DNA of 53,110 nucleotides from Actinomycetota bacterium (lineage in GTDB: Bacteria > Actinomycetota > Actinomycetes > S36-B12 > UBA5976), in contig JAPLAV010000019.1 in NCBI GenBank assembly GCA_026393095.1, positions 1-53,110 of the forward strand. The letters run 5' to 3'. How positions within the stretch are numbered: position 1 is the stretch's first letter; every line of letters begins with the position of its first letter. The translations under genes were made by a program, and so were the position numbers. The notes under the pieces are model-generated. The model made no database searches, was not told the DNA's origin, and was given only the letters and a program-made list of their open reading frames with translations. Below, in pieces: positions 28,541-39,028 of this stretch.

Positions 28541-29205
28541 GGACCAGCCTTGTAGCCAACGCCTCTTACTGTCATGACGATTTCTGGATTCTCAGGATCA
28601 TGTTCAACTTTAGCTCTAAGTCTTTGCACATGCACGTTAACTAATCTTGTATCTGCCGGATTTCGGTAATGCCAAACATCTGTCAAAAGTTGTTCGCGGG
28701 TATAAACTTGCCAAGGTTTTCTTGCCAAAGCAAGAAGTAAATCAAATTCTAATGGAGTTAAGGAAATATCTTTACCATTTCTTTTTACACTATGGCCTAC
28801 AACGTCAATTGTTAAATCAGCTAAGGTTAGTAACTCTGCTTTGACATCTTCTTTTCGCAATCTTGCTTTAATTCTTGCCACAAGTTCTTTAGGTTTAAAT
28901 GGTTTTACTATGTAATCATCTGCGCCAGATTCCAAACCTTTTACAACATCCAAGGTGTCACCTCGAGCGGTCAACATAACTATTGGCACACCTGATTCAG
29001 ATCTAATTCTTTTACAAACTTCTATTCCATCAATTCCCGGCAACATCAAATCAAGTAACACAAGATCGGGTTTGGTTTCCTTAAATATCCCTTGGGCTTT
29101 GGAACCATCGTCACAAAACAAGGCTTCATAGCCTTCTGCCCTTAACACAATTCCCAACATTTCAGAAAGAGCTTGGTCATCATCGACTACTAATACGCGA
29201 GCCAT
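28537..29205 (-). CDS. mtrA: Response regulator MtrA
   Basis: VVDDD, LLDLMLPG, KPFKPKEL, ADTRLVNVHVQRLRAKVEHDPENP. Confidence 0.96.
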   Translation of the reverse strand: MARVLVVDDDQALSEMLGIVLRAEGYEALFCDDGSKAQGIFKETKPDLVLLDLMLPGIDGIEVCKRIRSESGVPIVMLTARGDTLDVVKGLESGADDYIVKPFKPKELVARIKARLRKEDVKAELLTLADLTIDVVGHSVKRNGKDISLTPLEFDLLLALARKPWQVYTREQLLTDVWHYRNPADTRLVNVHVQRLRAKVEHDPENPEIVMTVRGVGYKAGP

Positions 29206-29254
29206 GATGCAATGTTGTCACCCCATCTGTGACAAAATCAAAGTGGAGGTAGAT

Positions 29255-30187
29255 ATGACTCAAGGTCCTGGCCCAAATTTGATTCCTTTAACGAAATTAA
29301 CCCTCAGTGAAATTTTGAGTGGATCTTTGAACTCCCTAAGACGAATGCCTAAAACACTTTTAGGAATTGGATTATTCTCCGGATTCATTATTGGTTTGAG
29401 CAATATCATTGCCACCGCTTTAGTTGTGCAAAGTGGTGAATCATTAAAAATGCCAGAATTACCAAATCCATCTGAAGTTATTACCCAACAACAAATTCAA
29501 GAACTAGTTTCAGCACTTGCGCCAACACTTAGAGTTGGAGTTATAACTGCAGTTGTTTTATTCATTGTGCAAGCTGTAACTGCAGGAATGTTTACTCATG
29601 TTGTTGGAAATGCCATCATTGGTAAGAAAATTAACGTGACAGAATCTTGGCAAAAAACAAGACCACAATTGCTGCGAGTTATTGGACTTTCAATTATTTC
29701 TTTCCTGTTGCCAACATCTGCCATTTTTATAGGGCTATTTATTGGTGTGGCACTTGCAGGCATTAACTCAATACTTGTTTTTGTTGGCTTAGGAATTGGA
29801 CTTTCTGCTGCCATTTATTGCTGGATTGGGTTATACGTAAGTATTCCAACTTTGGTTTTGGAAGATTCTAAATTTCTGGTTGCTTTTAAGCGTTCTTTCT
29901 ATTTGGCAAGAACAAATACATTCAGAGTTTTAGGAATTGGGATTATGGGAATAATTACCAGTCAAGCCATATCAATTGTCGTTTCAACACCTTTTGCATT
30001 ATTTGCCCAAACAAATGCAACAGAAGATCCAACAACTTCTTCAATTTTTATGTCTTCGATGGGCTCAATTTTGGGCTACACCGTGATGTTGCCATTTATT
30101 GCAGCATTTACCACATTGTTATATACAGATTTAAGAATTAGAAAAGAAAATATTGCTACAGATTTAGATAAAGCTAAAAATCAGTAA
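29255..30187 (+). CDS. Integral membrane protein (glycerophosphodiester phosphodiesterase membrane-domain-like)
   Basis: [17 protein letters not shown]....[21 protein letters not shown] 29255 follows GGAGGT. Confidence 0.65.
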   Translation: MTQGPGPNLIPLTKLTLSEILSGSLNSLRRMPKTLLGIGLFSGFIIGLSNIIATALVVQSGESLKMPELPNPSEVITQQQIQELVSALAPTLRVGVITAVVLFIVQAVTAGMFTHVVGNAIIGKKINVTESWQKTRPQLLRVIGLSIISFLLPTSAIFIGLFIGVALAGINSILVFVGLGIGLSAAIYCWIGLYVSIPTLVLEDSKFLVAFKRSFYLARTNTFRVLGIGIMGIITSQAISIVVSTPFALFAQTNATEDPTTSSIFMSSMGSILGYTVMLPFIAAFTTLLYTDLRIRKENIATDLDKAKNQ

Positions 30188-31650
30188 CGGTAATGATCGG
30201 ACTTGTATGGTCCGCTCTTATCTAGTCCCATGTAAGTAGCTTGATCAGTTGTTAATTCTGTTAATTTGGCACCAAGAGCGTCCAAATGCAATCTGGCAAC
30301 TTTTTCATCCAGATTTTTTGGAAGTGTGTAAACGCCAACTGGATATTGTTCAGTCTTGGTAAACAATTCAATTTGAGCTAATACTTGGTTTGTAAACGAA
30401 GTACTCATAACAAATGAAGGATGCCCAGTAGCATTTCCAAGGTTTAACAATCTTCCTTCACTCAAGATAATGATTGATTTCTTTTCATCAAATACCCATT
30501 CATCAACCTGAGGTTTGATATTTACTCTTCTAGTTCTTTTATCGTTAGCAAGTCCGGCCATATCGATTTCGTTATCAAAGTGTCCAATATTTCCTACGAT
30601 GGCTTTATCTTTCATTTTTGACATTTGCTCAACTGTGATTACGTTTTTGCAACCTGTTGCAGTAATAATCATGTCTGCGTAAGAAAGAGTGTTTTCTAAA
30701 GTATTAACTTCGTATCCATCCATTGCAGCTTGTAAAGCACAAATTGGATCGATTTCAGTAATAATTACCCGAGCGCCTTGTCCGCGTAATGATTCAGCGG
30801 TTCCTTTACCAACATCGCCATAACCACACACCACGGCAACTTTTCCACCGATCAAAACATCGGTTGCACGATTTATTCCGTCAATTAATGAGTGACGGGT
30901 TCCATATTTGTTATCAAACTTACTTTTTGTTACAGCATCATTAACGTTGATTGCTGGGAAAAGTAATTGGTTTGATTTAAACATTTCATACAAACGATGA
31001 ACACCTGTGGTGGTTTCTTCAGTTACACCTTTGATGTTGTTTGCAATGTCAGTCCAAAGTCTTGAATTTTCTTTCAATGTTTTTTGGATTAATTTTAAGA
31101 TAACTGCAAATTCTTCATTGTCAGCTTTTTCGGGTTCTGGTTGATCACCAGTCTTTTCAAATTCCACACCTTTGTGAACAAGTAAAGTTGCATCTCCACC
31201 ATCATCAAGAATCATGTTTGGACCTTCACCATCAGTCCATTTCAAAATCTGTTCGGTACACCACCAATATTCTTCTAGTGATTCACCCTTCCAAGCAAAA
31301 ACTGGAACACCATTTGGCTTGTCTACTGTTCCATTTGGTCCCACAACAACTGCTGCTGCTGCATGATCTTGAGTAGAAAAAATATTGCAAGATGCCCAAC
31401 GAACTTCGGCACCCAATTCAACAAGAGTTTCAATTAAAACTGCAGTTTGAATTGTCATGTGTAAAGAACCTGTGATGCGTGCACCTTTAAGTGGCTTTGA
31501 AGCACCAAATTCTTTTCTCATTGCCATTAAACCTGGCATTTCGTGTTCAGCTAATTGCATTTCTTTACGGCCAAAATCAGCTAAAGAAAGGTCAGCTACT
31601 TTGTAGTCAAGATTTCCGGAACGATCAACAGTCATTGAAAAGTCAGACAC
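30181..31650 (-). CDS. ahcY: Adenosylhomocysteinase
   Basis: [45 protein letters not shown]. Confidence 0.98.
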   Translation of the reverse strand: MSDFSMTVDRSGNLDYKVADLSLADFGRKEMQLAEHEMPGLMAMRKEFGASKPLKGARITGSLHMTIQTAVLIETLVELGAEVRWASCNIFSTQDHAAAAVVVGPNGTVDKPNGVPVFAWKGESLEEYWWCTEQILKWTDGEGPNMILDDGGDATLLVHKGVEFEKTGDQPEPEKADNEEFAVILKLIQKTLKENSRLWTDIANNIKGVTEETTTGVHRLYEMFKSNQLLFPAINVNDAVTKSKFDNKYGTRHSLIDGINRATDVLIGGKVAVVCGYGDVGKGTAESLRGQGARVIITEIDPICALQAAMDGYEVNTLENTLSYADMIITATGCKNVITVEQMSKMKDKAIVGNIGHFDNEIDMAGLANDKRTRRVNIKPQVDEWVFDEKKSIIILSEGRLLNLGNATGHPSFVMSTSFTNQVLAQIELFTKTEQYPVGVYTLPKNLDEKVARLHLDALGAKLTELTTDQATYMGLDKSGPYKSDHYRY

Positions 31651-31704
31651 TTTTTATTTACCCCTGGGATTTAGTATGAATGTAACTAACGTAATTCTGC
31701 CAGA

Positions 31705-32778
31705 CTAAAAACTTCTCGCAACTACGGCATGACCTTTAACCACAACTTTTACATCAATATTGCTAATAAGTGCTACTTCTCCCTTGGCCAGAGAAATCTC
31801 AACAGCTCCACCACTTATTTTTGTCTCACCTTCCAGGTTGAGCACTCCTGCAAAATTAGTCTCTCGTGATTGATATGTCGCATTGTCAATGGCAACTAAT
31901 TCAAAATCAGCTTCTGGCTTGTAAATGTGAACTCCATCAGTTGTTTCTAATGAAAGCACTTGTACTTGTTTTTCTTCCACAATACTTAAAGCCGCGTCAA
32001 TATTTATATGTTTATTTGTTAATCCCATGCGCAAAACATTGTCTGAGGTCGTCATGATTTCAACTGCTAAACCGTGCACATATGAATGAGGTGTGCCAGG
32101 GGAAACATGTATCGCATGACCTTTTTCTAAAACATGAAATTGCATCAATAAACAAACTAAAACACCTGGATCATTTGGATATTTGTTTACTATTTTTTCA
32201 AAAGCTGTGATTGCTTTAGGTGAGTATTTAGCTTCTTTGACGCAATCAACAACAAATCTATTTAAAGCAGATACTTTGGCCTTTTCAATTTCAAAAATAA
32301 CATCTGCTGCATCAAAGAAAGTATTTGTCTCTATTGCTTCTTTTATTTCAGTAACTTTTGACTTTTCATAAAGTAATTTGAATACTTCATCTCGTTTACT
32401 TTTACTTTCTACACCAGCAAAAGCATGAAACTCTTCAAGTGCAAAAAGCATTTCATCCTTGCCATTATCATCGGAGAGCAATTTTTCACTATCTACAAAA
32501 TCTGGCAGACCTGATTCTGCGCTTAATTTATCTGGATGAACTTGAATAGATAAAGGTTCATTGGCGCAAAGTAATTTAATTAATAAAGGAAAGCTTGAAT
32601 TTGTTTTTAATTCTTTATTTGTTTTTTTATCTATTGATTTACCAGAGGGATGATCACCAAACCATAATTCTGCTTGCGGTGAATCACTTTTATCAACCCA
32701 GTTTTGTAGTCCATTAACTTTTCCCCAGGCGTATTCTTTTAAAGAACCTTTAACAACAAGTATCGAGTTGTTACTCAT
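31705..32778 (-). CDS. manA: Mannose-6-phosphate isomerase, class I
   Basis: YAWG, AELWFGDHP, PLSIQVHP, PHSY..G..VEIM..SDNVLR.GLT.KHI. Confidence 0.88.
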   Translation of the reverse strand: MSNNSILVVKGSLKEYAWGKVNGLQNWVDKSDSPQAELWFGDHPSGKSIDKKTNKELKTNSSFPLLIKLLCANEPLSIQVHPDKLSAESGLPDFVDSEKLLSDDNGKDEMLFALEEFHAFAGVESKSKRDEVFKLLYEKSKVTEIKEAIETNTFFDAADVIFEIEKAKVSALNRFVVDCVKEAKYSPKAITAFEKIVNKYPNDPGVLVCLLMQFHVLEKGHAIHVSPGTPHSYVHGLAVEIMTTSDNVLRMGLTNKHINIDAALSIVEEKQVQVLSLETTDGVHIYKPEADFELVAIDNATYQSRETNFAGVLNLEGETKISGGAVEISLAKGEVALISNIDVKVVVKGHAVVARSF

Positions 32779-32787
32779 TTAAAAAGA

Positions 32788-32982
32788 TTAGCCGCCAATG
32801 CCACGTGGACCAGGTGTTGCTTCATCAAGCAACATAACTGGAATTCCATCTTTGATTGGAAAAGTTGTGGCACAACTTGAACAAACAATTTTTGTATCGT
32901 CACTTGAAACTGAAACATCTGCATGCTTATCGCAAGGACAAGCTAATATTTCTAATAATTCTGGTTTGATCACAGAACTCAT
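32788..32982 (-). CDS. Trm112-family protein
   Basis: LLEILACP, CSSC...FPIKDGIPVMLLDEA. Confidence 0.9.
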   Translation of the reverse strand: MSSVIKPELLEILACPCDKHADVSVSSDDTKIVCSSCATTFPIKDGIPVMLLDEATPGPRGIGG

Positions 32983-34379
32983 TGTGCATCCTTTCGAATG
33001 ATTGCTAGAACTTCATCTCTGACTTTTTCCATTGTTGCATGCTCTTTTGCTTCTGCGTTTAGTCGAAGCAATGGTTCGGTGTTGCTAGGGCGAACATTGA
33101 CCCACCAAGTGTCTCCTGAAAAAGTTAGGCCGTCTAATTCTTCAATTTGGACATCTTTTGACCCTGCAAAATGTTCTTTTACCTTCTTGCTAGTTACAGA
33201 CACATCTTTAACACGCGTATTGATTTCGCCACTTGCAACGTATCTATCAAATTCTTTAATTAGTGATGAAAAAGTTGTGCCATCTTTTGTTTCTCCTAAT
33301 GCAGCTAAAACGTGTAGCGCGGCTAACATTCCACTATCTGCAAACCAAAAATCTCTGAAATAGAAATGTCCAGAATGCTCTCCCCCAAATATTGCATTGG
33401 TGTCTTTCATAACCTGCTTAATAAATGAATGTCCGACTCTGGTTTTACGAGCAGTGCCGCCATTTTCTTTAACTACTTCTGCCACACTTCTTGAGGTTAT
33501 TAAGTTATGAATAATTGTTGATCCAGGCTCTCTTTTTAATTCTCTTTTTGCAATAAGTGCCGTAATTGCACTTGGAGTAATACTTTGACCCTTTTCATCA
33601 ATAAAGAAAGCGCGGTCAGCATCTCCATCAAAAGCTATTCCTAAATCTGCTTTTTCAGCTAAAACTCTTTTTTGTAAATCAACTAAATTTGTAGGTTCAA
33701 TTGGATTTGCTTCATGGTTTGGAAAAGTTCCATCAAGTTCAAAATACATCGGTACTATTTCAAAATTTGAATTTTCAAACACCTTGGGCACACTGAAGCC
33801 ACCCATGCCGTTTCCAGCATCAATTACTACTTTAAGTTTTCTAGCAGCTTTTAAATCAACTAGTGAATGTAAATACTTCACATACTCTGAATTTAAATCT
33901 TTCGAACTCTCGGTTCCCACAGGTCCTGAATATTTTGCAATGCCATTAAGTACAAGTTGAGTAATTTCTCTTAACCCTGAATCTTGGCCCACAGGTGCAG
34001 CGCCCGCTTTGGCTAATTTGATGCCGTTATATTCAGCAGGATTATGACTTGCAGTAAACATTGCTCCTGCAATGTTTAGAAATCCTGTTGCAAAATACAA
34101 ACCATCAGTTGAGGCAAGTCCCATGTGTAAAACATCCACACCTTGCTCTGTAACTCCCTTAGCAAAACTTTTAACTAAATCTGGTCCACTTGGTCTCATG
34201 TCATGAGCAATCACAACTTGACCACAACCGCCATCTGCTTTTCTAAGTTTCAAAGCAACAACAAAAGCTTGGCCAATCAAGTAACAAATATTTTCATCAA
34301 GATCAGTTGGCACAATGCCGCGAACGTCATAGGCCTTAATCAGGTTTTGTAAACGTTGCAGGGTGATTTCAGAACTCAT
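32979..34379 (-). CDS. manB: Phosphomannomutase/phosphoglucomutase
   Basis: KAYDVRG, TASHNP, FDGDADR, GGEHSGH, RPSNTEP. Confidence 0.93.
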   Translation of the reverse strand: MSSEITLQRLQNLIKAYDVRGIVPTDLDENICYLIGQAFVVALKLRKADGGCGQVVIAHDMRPSGPDLVKSFAKGVTEQGVDVLHMGLASTDGLYFATGFLNIAGAMFTASHNPAEYNGIKLAKAGAAPVGQDSGLREITQLVLNGIAKYSGPVGTESSKDLNSEYVKYLHSLVDLKAARKLKVVIDAGNGMGGFSVPKVFENSNFEIVPMYFELDGTFPNHEANPIEPTNLVDLQKRVLAEKADLGIAFDGDADRAFFIDEKGQSITPSAITALIAKRELKREPGSTIIHNLITSRSVAEVVKENGGTARKTRVGHSFIKQVMKDTNAIFGGEHSGHFYFRDFWFADSGMLAALHVLAALGETKDGTTFSSLIKEFDRYVASGEINTRVKDVSVTSKKVKEHFAGSKDVQIEELDGLTFSGDTWWVNVRPSNTEPLLRLNAEAKEHATMEKVRDEVLAIIRKDAQ

Positions 34380-34414
34380 AAGACTTCAAAGACTAGTAGA
34401 GAAAGAGTAGTTAT

Positions 34415-34771
34415 TTAGTTTTCATCACGAACTATGCGCAAATGACTTCTATTGGCATAGTCGTTGGCAAAGGCTGGTTCAGACCAAACATCAGGTTGTG
34501 GCTTGGCTGCTTCTCGCACAGCGTTGGCTAGAGCCAATAAATCATCTTGGGAAGGAACAAATTGAGTTGGTTCACTTTCTAATCTCACAATTTCCCAACC
34601 ACGAGGAGCAGTGAGTTTGCGAGCATGGAATTCACAAAGGTCATAACAATGAGGTTCAGCGATTGTGGCCAAGGGACCAAGTACTGCTGTGGAGTCGGCA
34701 TATACGTAGGTAAGGGTTGCTACAGCTAATTTGCCGCAGGAAAGCCTGGTGCATTTTCTTAAATATGCCAT
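34415..34771 (-). CDS. DUF3499 family protein
   Basis: C...C...AVATLTYVYADSTAVLGPL...EPHCYDLC..HA....APRGW; DDLLALANAVREAA. Confidence 0.9.
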   Translation of the reverse strand: MAYLRKCTRLSCGKLAVATLTYVYADSTAVLGPLATIAEPHCYDLCEFHARKLTAPRGWEIVRLESEPTQFVPSQDDLLALANAVREAAKPQPDVWSEPAFANDYANRSHLRIVRDEN

Positions 34772-34874
34772 GTTTAATACGGTAGTGAATTTGTTACGAA
34801 AGTGACGAGTAGACGCGCCTGATACTTATATATACAACAGTTAATCCTTGATACTGATGTTAAAACGTGTGAAG

Positions 34875-35141
34875 TTAGATAACTTGAGAGCGTCTCATCC
34901 GGCGACGTTCGCGCTCAGACAATCCACCCCAGATACCAAAACGTTCATCATTTTCTAACGCGTATTCAAGACATTCTGATCTAACTTCACACGAAGAACA
35001 AACTCTTTTAGCTTCGCGTGTGGATCCGCCCTTCTCAGGGAAAAAGGCTTCAGGATCTGTTTGAGCACATAGTGCTTTCTCTTGCCAGCCTGCTGGCTCA
35101 CTATCGCTTGGAACAAGACTTAAGCCCGTGAAGTCGGACAA
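34875..35141 (-). CDS. whiB: WhiB-family Fe-S transcription factor (WhiB/WhiB2 ortholog)
   Basis: WQEKALCAQTDPEAFFPEKGGSTREAKRVC..C....ECL..AL...ERFGIWGGLSERERR. Confidence 0.95.
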   Translation of the reverse strand: MSDFTGLSLVPSDSEPAGWQEKALCAQTDPEAFFPEKGGSTREAKRVCSSCEVRSECLEYALENDERFGIWGGLSERERRRMRRSQVI

Positions 35142-35207
35142 TTAAAAACCCCCAAAAATCGTTTGCCGAAAGCTCATCTCGACATAGGTAGAAAACTACC
35201 TGAACGA

Positions 35208-35237
35208 ATTACACGCTTGTAACTAGGGGTAGGTCAA
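35208..35237 (-). promoter_or_regulatory. Putative principal-sigma promoter of whiB
   Basis: Minus strand TTGACC-N18-TGTAAT, followed by a 6-bp hairpin (35186-35201) in the leader. Confidence 0.5.
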
Positions 35238-35328
35238 GTGTTTAAGTCATCTTTTTTGGTTTATTTTGGCATTTAAGCCATAAAAGTCCGTTTTTACTCG
35301 TTTTTTCGAACTTTTCTTAAAAAATAAC

Positions 35329-36429
35329 TTAAATTCCCCAGTCAGGATTTGTTGGCACTGTTTGATTATTTAATTCAATTTTTGTAACTTTTTGATCAGG
35401 CCAGATCCTTGAATCATTAATTAAGACCGATCCTGCAGCTAATTCAACGAAATCTGCCACCACAGAATTTTTAATTACACACCCTGCACCAATTTTGGCA
35501 CCCTGAGCGATGATGCTGGAATCAATTACACATTTTTCTGAGATTAAAACTTCATTTGCAATCACTGAATGATTTATTTCGCAATCTTTTCCAACAATTG
35601 AATTGATTCCGACAACAGATCCATTTGTAACTTTGGATGAATTATCAATTTCTGCACCACTTAAAACTAATTTGTCAGCAAAAGAATGTAATAGACCTGT
35701 TTTAATTTTACCTGTCACTAAATCACTAGAACCTTTTACAAATGCAGTGGGAGTTCCTAGATCTAACCAATAACCTTCATCAACTACACCAATTACTTTC
35801 ATGCCTGCTTTTAATAAACTAGGAAAAACTTCTCGCTCAACTGAGACCACGCGACCAGTTGCGATTGTGTCGATAACTTTTCTTTTGAATATATACATTC
35901 CAGCATTGATTTGATCTGTGACAATATCTTCTTTTCTTTCAGGTTTTTCTAAAAATGCTAAAACGTTTCCTTCAGTATCTGTTGGAACAGAACCATAAGC
36001 TGCAGGATTATCAACTTTAGTTAAATAAAGTGCGACATCAGCTTTCTTTTCTTTCCAAATAGAAAGAACTTTATTTATATCAACACCTGTTAAAACATCA
36101 CCATTGAAAACAACAACTGGATCTTCTGGTCCGCAAGTTAATAACTCAGCAGCGTTTCTTATCCCACCACCTGTGCCCAGTTGTTCTGGTTCATAGGCAT
36201 AACTGATTTTTACCCCCAGCTTTGATCCATCGCCTAAGCCTTCACGAAATACTTCTGCTTTAAATGCAGTGCCTAAAACTATGTGGTTTATTCCTGCAGC
36301 TTTGGCCTTTGAGATTTGATGAGAGGTGACAGGAAATCCTGCTACTTCCAACATTGGTTTGGGAGTGTGAATTGTTAATGGTTTTAGCCGGGTGCCATAG
36401 CCCCCGACTAACAGAATTGCTTCAGTCAC
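35329..36429 (-). CDS. manC: Mannose-1-phosphate guanylyltransferase (NDP-sugar synthase)
   Basis: LVGGYGTRLKPLT..TPKPML, LGTGGGI, FNGDV, FLEKP, WLDLGTP; C-terminal hexapeptide repeats. Confidence 0.85.
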   Translation of the reverse strand: MTEAILLVGGYGTRLKPLTIHTPKPMLEVAGFPVTSHQISKAKAAGINHIVLGTAFKAEVFREGLGDGSKLGVKISYAYEPEQLGTGGGIRNAAELLTCGPEDPVVVFNGDVLTGVDINKVLSIWKEKKADVALYLTKVDNPAAYGSVPTDTEGNVLAFLEKPERKEDIVTDQINAGMYIFKRKVIDTIATGRVVSVEREVFPSLLKAGMKVIGVVDEGYWLDLGTPTAFVKGSSDLVTGKIKTGLLHSFADKLVLSGAEIDNSSKVTNGSVVGINSIVGKDCEINHSVIANEVLISEKCVIDSSIIAQGAKIGAGCVIKNSVVADFVELAAGSVLINDSRIWPDQKVTKIELNNQTVPTNPDWGI

Positions 36430-36471
36430 AAAACCTCACACTTTTTATTTATTTGTTAATAAATAAACTAG

Positions 36472-37440
36472 TTATGAACCAGGTGTTGGGGAAGTTTCAG
36501 GAAATACATAATTGGTCGCACCAACTGTGTACGTGGTTGGATTTGCTGCCATTGGTCTAGACCATGTAGCTTCAAATCTTTGACCATCTCTCATGATCAC
36601 AGCTGTTCCTGAACCAACAGTTTGAATTAACGGGGTCTTATTTCCATTTTTATCTTGGAAACCAGAATCAGCTAATTGATCTACATATTGAACAATTATG
36701 TTTTTGGCAAACAATGGTTGGTTAGTTACAGCATCAGATGCAGGTTCTCCATCAAGTGCAATTACCCAAGCGTTATTTGTGCCATCCCATTCAGCGCCAA
36801 CTCGAGAAGCTGGCCATTTAGCTGAAAAAGAATTAGTGGATGTGCCACCAGTTGCAGCAATATCTGAAAATGTCCAACCCATATCTTTAGCGCCGCTAAT
36901 TCCTGTTAAGGAAGCAACGATTCCACCAAGATCAACAGTTAAATTGTGTGGTGCATTCTTATCTGTTTGACGGGTGTAGAACTTTCCATTCAAACCATGG
37001 CTGGCATTAATTAGGTTTGCTTGATCAATTAATGGTAAGAATTTTGATTGTGCCCCACTGAATGCAAATGCAGGGGTTCCAAATTGTTCCATAATTTCTA
37101 AATCAGAAATACGAGCTGATCTAACAGGACCTACTTTGTTAGGCATTGAAGAGTTAAATACTGCTGCAATTCTGGTTAAGCCTGCTTCTACTTCTTCCAC
37201 AAAAACCATATCTGCAGCAGAGAGTCCCCATTGAGGTCTTGCTGGATTTACGTTGTCAATTTTTACAACTGCAATTGGTCCACCGCTGCCACCTGGTAAT
37301 CCAGAGATTGGACTAAAGCCAACTTTGGCGGTTTCACTTACTTCTGGTGCTGCTGTTTCAGTTGTCGTTGAAGAACCACAGGCTGAAAGTGCGAATGTTG
37401 CTACTGAGGCTAAAGCGATGAGTTTAAATGTTTTTGTCAT
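36472..37440 (-). CDS. DUF3048 family lipoprotein
   Basis: Lipobox LSAC, VKIDN...ARPQWGL..AD.VFVEEVEAGLTR, GPVRSAR, APHN. Confidence 0.85.
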   Translation of the reverse strand: MTKTFKLIALASVATFALSACGSSTTTETAAPEVSETAKVGFSPISGLPGGSGGPIAVVKIDNVNPARPQWGLSAADMVFVEEVEAGLTRIAAVFNSSMPNKVGPVRSARISDLEIMEQFGTPAFAFSGAQSKFLPLIDQANLINASHGLNGKFYTRQTDKNAPHNLTVDLGGIVASLTGISGAKDMGWTFSDIAATGGTSTNSFSAKWPASRVGAEWDGTNNAWVIALDGEPASDAVTNQPLFAKNIIVQYVDQLADSGFQDKNGNKTPLIQTVGSGTAVIMRDGQRFEATWSRPMAANPTTYTVGATNYVFPETSPTPGS

Positions 37441-37561
37441 ACTTCAAACGATAGGCGTAAACGCTCAAGTCCAACACCCCTGACTCACCTATCAATAGGT
37501 AGTGTTCATGAGGAATACATCTGGGAAAACTGGTTTTCCTCACTATTCTCTAAGTGGAGAT

Positions 37562-39028
37562 ATGACAAATAGCCCGAAAGCACAATTACCCACCAACCGT
37601 TTGAGGTTATTGGTGGCCATTGCTTCTGGGGTCATATTGATCGTTGCCACAGTGGCTGGAATCTTTGGTTTTGCTGCACGAAATTTAGCTGGAAACATTA
37701 AAGCGTTAGAAGTAATTGCTTCTCCTAAACCTGTTGCTGAAACTGGTCCTTTAAATATTTTGTTAATGGGAACTGACACTAGAACTGATCAAGGTGGAGG
37801 TTTTGGAAGTGAAACTGAATATGGCGGAACTGGTCGAAGTGACACCACAATTCTTGTTCATTTATCAAACGACAGAAAAAGTGCTATTGCAGTAAGTATT
37901 CCTAGAGATTCAGTTGTAAATATTCCTGCTTGCACGAAAGAAGATGGCACAACAGTAACTGAGAGAACTGATTTATTTAATTCCGCATTCTCTTCCGCTG
38001 GTCCTGGTTGCACAGTTAAAACTATTGAGACTTTAACTGGAATAACTATTAATCACGCCGTGATTGTTGACTTTGTTGGATTCTCAAATGTGGTTGATGC
38101 ATTAGGTGGCATCAAAGTTTGCTTAACCGAAGCAATAGATGAACCTGTAGAAAATGGTGCAGGTATTCAATTACCAGCTGGAGTACAAACCTTAGATGGC
38201 AAAAATGCTTTAGGTTTAATGCGTGCTCGTTATTCATTAGCAGATGGCAGCGATTTAAAAAGGATTGAAAGACAACAAGAGCTTTTATCAATAACTATTG
38301 ATCAAGTTACAAAAATGAATTTAATTACTGATCTTCCTGCTCTTTATAAAGTTTTGAATGCAGCAACTTCTTCTTTGAGAATGGATGCAGGCCTTTCAGA
38401 TCTTGATTCACTAGTAACTCTTTCAACAAGTCTTTCCAGTATGGGTTCCAAAAATGTTTCATTCGTAACAGTTCCTTACGAAGGAACTCCTGATGGAAAT
38501 CATGTGCAATGGACAGCAGCTGCAAATGATTTATGGAGTGCAATCATTAATGACACCGGTTGGCCACCAAGTGAAGTTGTGGCAGCGCCAAGTGAAGCTC
38601 CAACTACTGAGACTGAAGCCATAGTGGTCAAACCAAGTGATGTCAGCGTTGTGGTTTTGAATGGAACCAAACGTGCAGGATTTGCAGCATTAACTGGGGA
38701 TTACTTAAAAACTCAAGGCGTAAACGTTGCTGAAGTCGGTAATGCCCCAAATAAAGATACGGCTGAATCTGTAATCGTTCACACTCCAGGCAATGCATTA
38801 AAAGCACAATTAATTGGTCAACTATTAGGAATTACCAATATCGCAGAGGATCCTCAATTAGTAGGTGGAGATGTGGCAATTGTTTTGGGTAACAACGCTC
38901 CAACAACTTGGACTGCTCCTGCAAATCCTGTTGTAGTGGAAACTCCAGTTAATGAAACTCCAGCACCAGCACCTTCACCAAGTGCAATTGCTGCACCTGA
39001 AAGTGGTTTGTTCTGTCCGCTGCCTTAA
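37562..39028 (+). CDS. LCP (LytR-CpsA-Psr) glycopolymer ligase with LytR_C domain
   Basis: TM helix, NILLMGTD, RSDT, SIPRD, SDLKRIERQQ, C-terminal VVLNGT...G.A. ATG 37562 follows GGAGA. Confidence 0.9.
   Translation: MTNSPKAQLPTNRLRLLVAIASGVILIVATVAGIFGFAARNLAGNIKALEVIASPKPVAETGPLNILLMGTDTRTDQGGGFGSETEYGGTGRSDTTILVHLSNDRKSAIAVSIPRDSVVNIPACTKEDGTTVTERTDLFNSAFSSAGPGCTVKTIETLTGITINHAVIVDFVGFSNVVDALGGIKVCLTEAIDEPVENGAGIQLPAGVQTLDGKNALGLMRARYSLADGSDLKRIERQQELLSITIDQVTKMNLITDLPALYKVLNAATSSLRMDAGLSDLDSLVTLSTSLSSMGSKNVSFVTVPYEGTPDGNHVQWTAAANDLWSAIINDTGWPPSEVVAAPSEAPTTETEAIVVKPSDVSVVVLNGTKRAGFAALTGDYLKTQGVNVAEVGNAPNKDTAESVIVHTPGNALKAQLIGQLLGITNIAEDPQLVGGDVAIVLGNNAPTTWTAPANPVVVETPVNETPAPAPSPSAIAAPESGLFCPLP

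Noticed and set aside
31651-31704. SAH riboswitch upstream of ahcY
   Set aside because: The gap is only 54 bp and AT-rich, with no recognisable conserved core or stems.
38570-39010. Pro/Ala/Thr-rich repeats in the LCP protein
   Set aside because: Ordinary low-complexity linkers, not DNA repeats.
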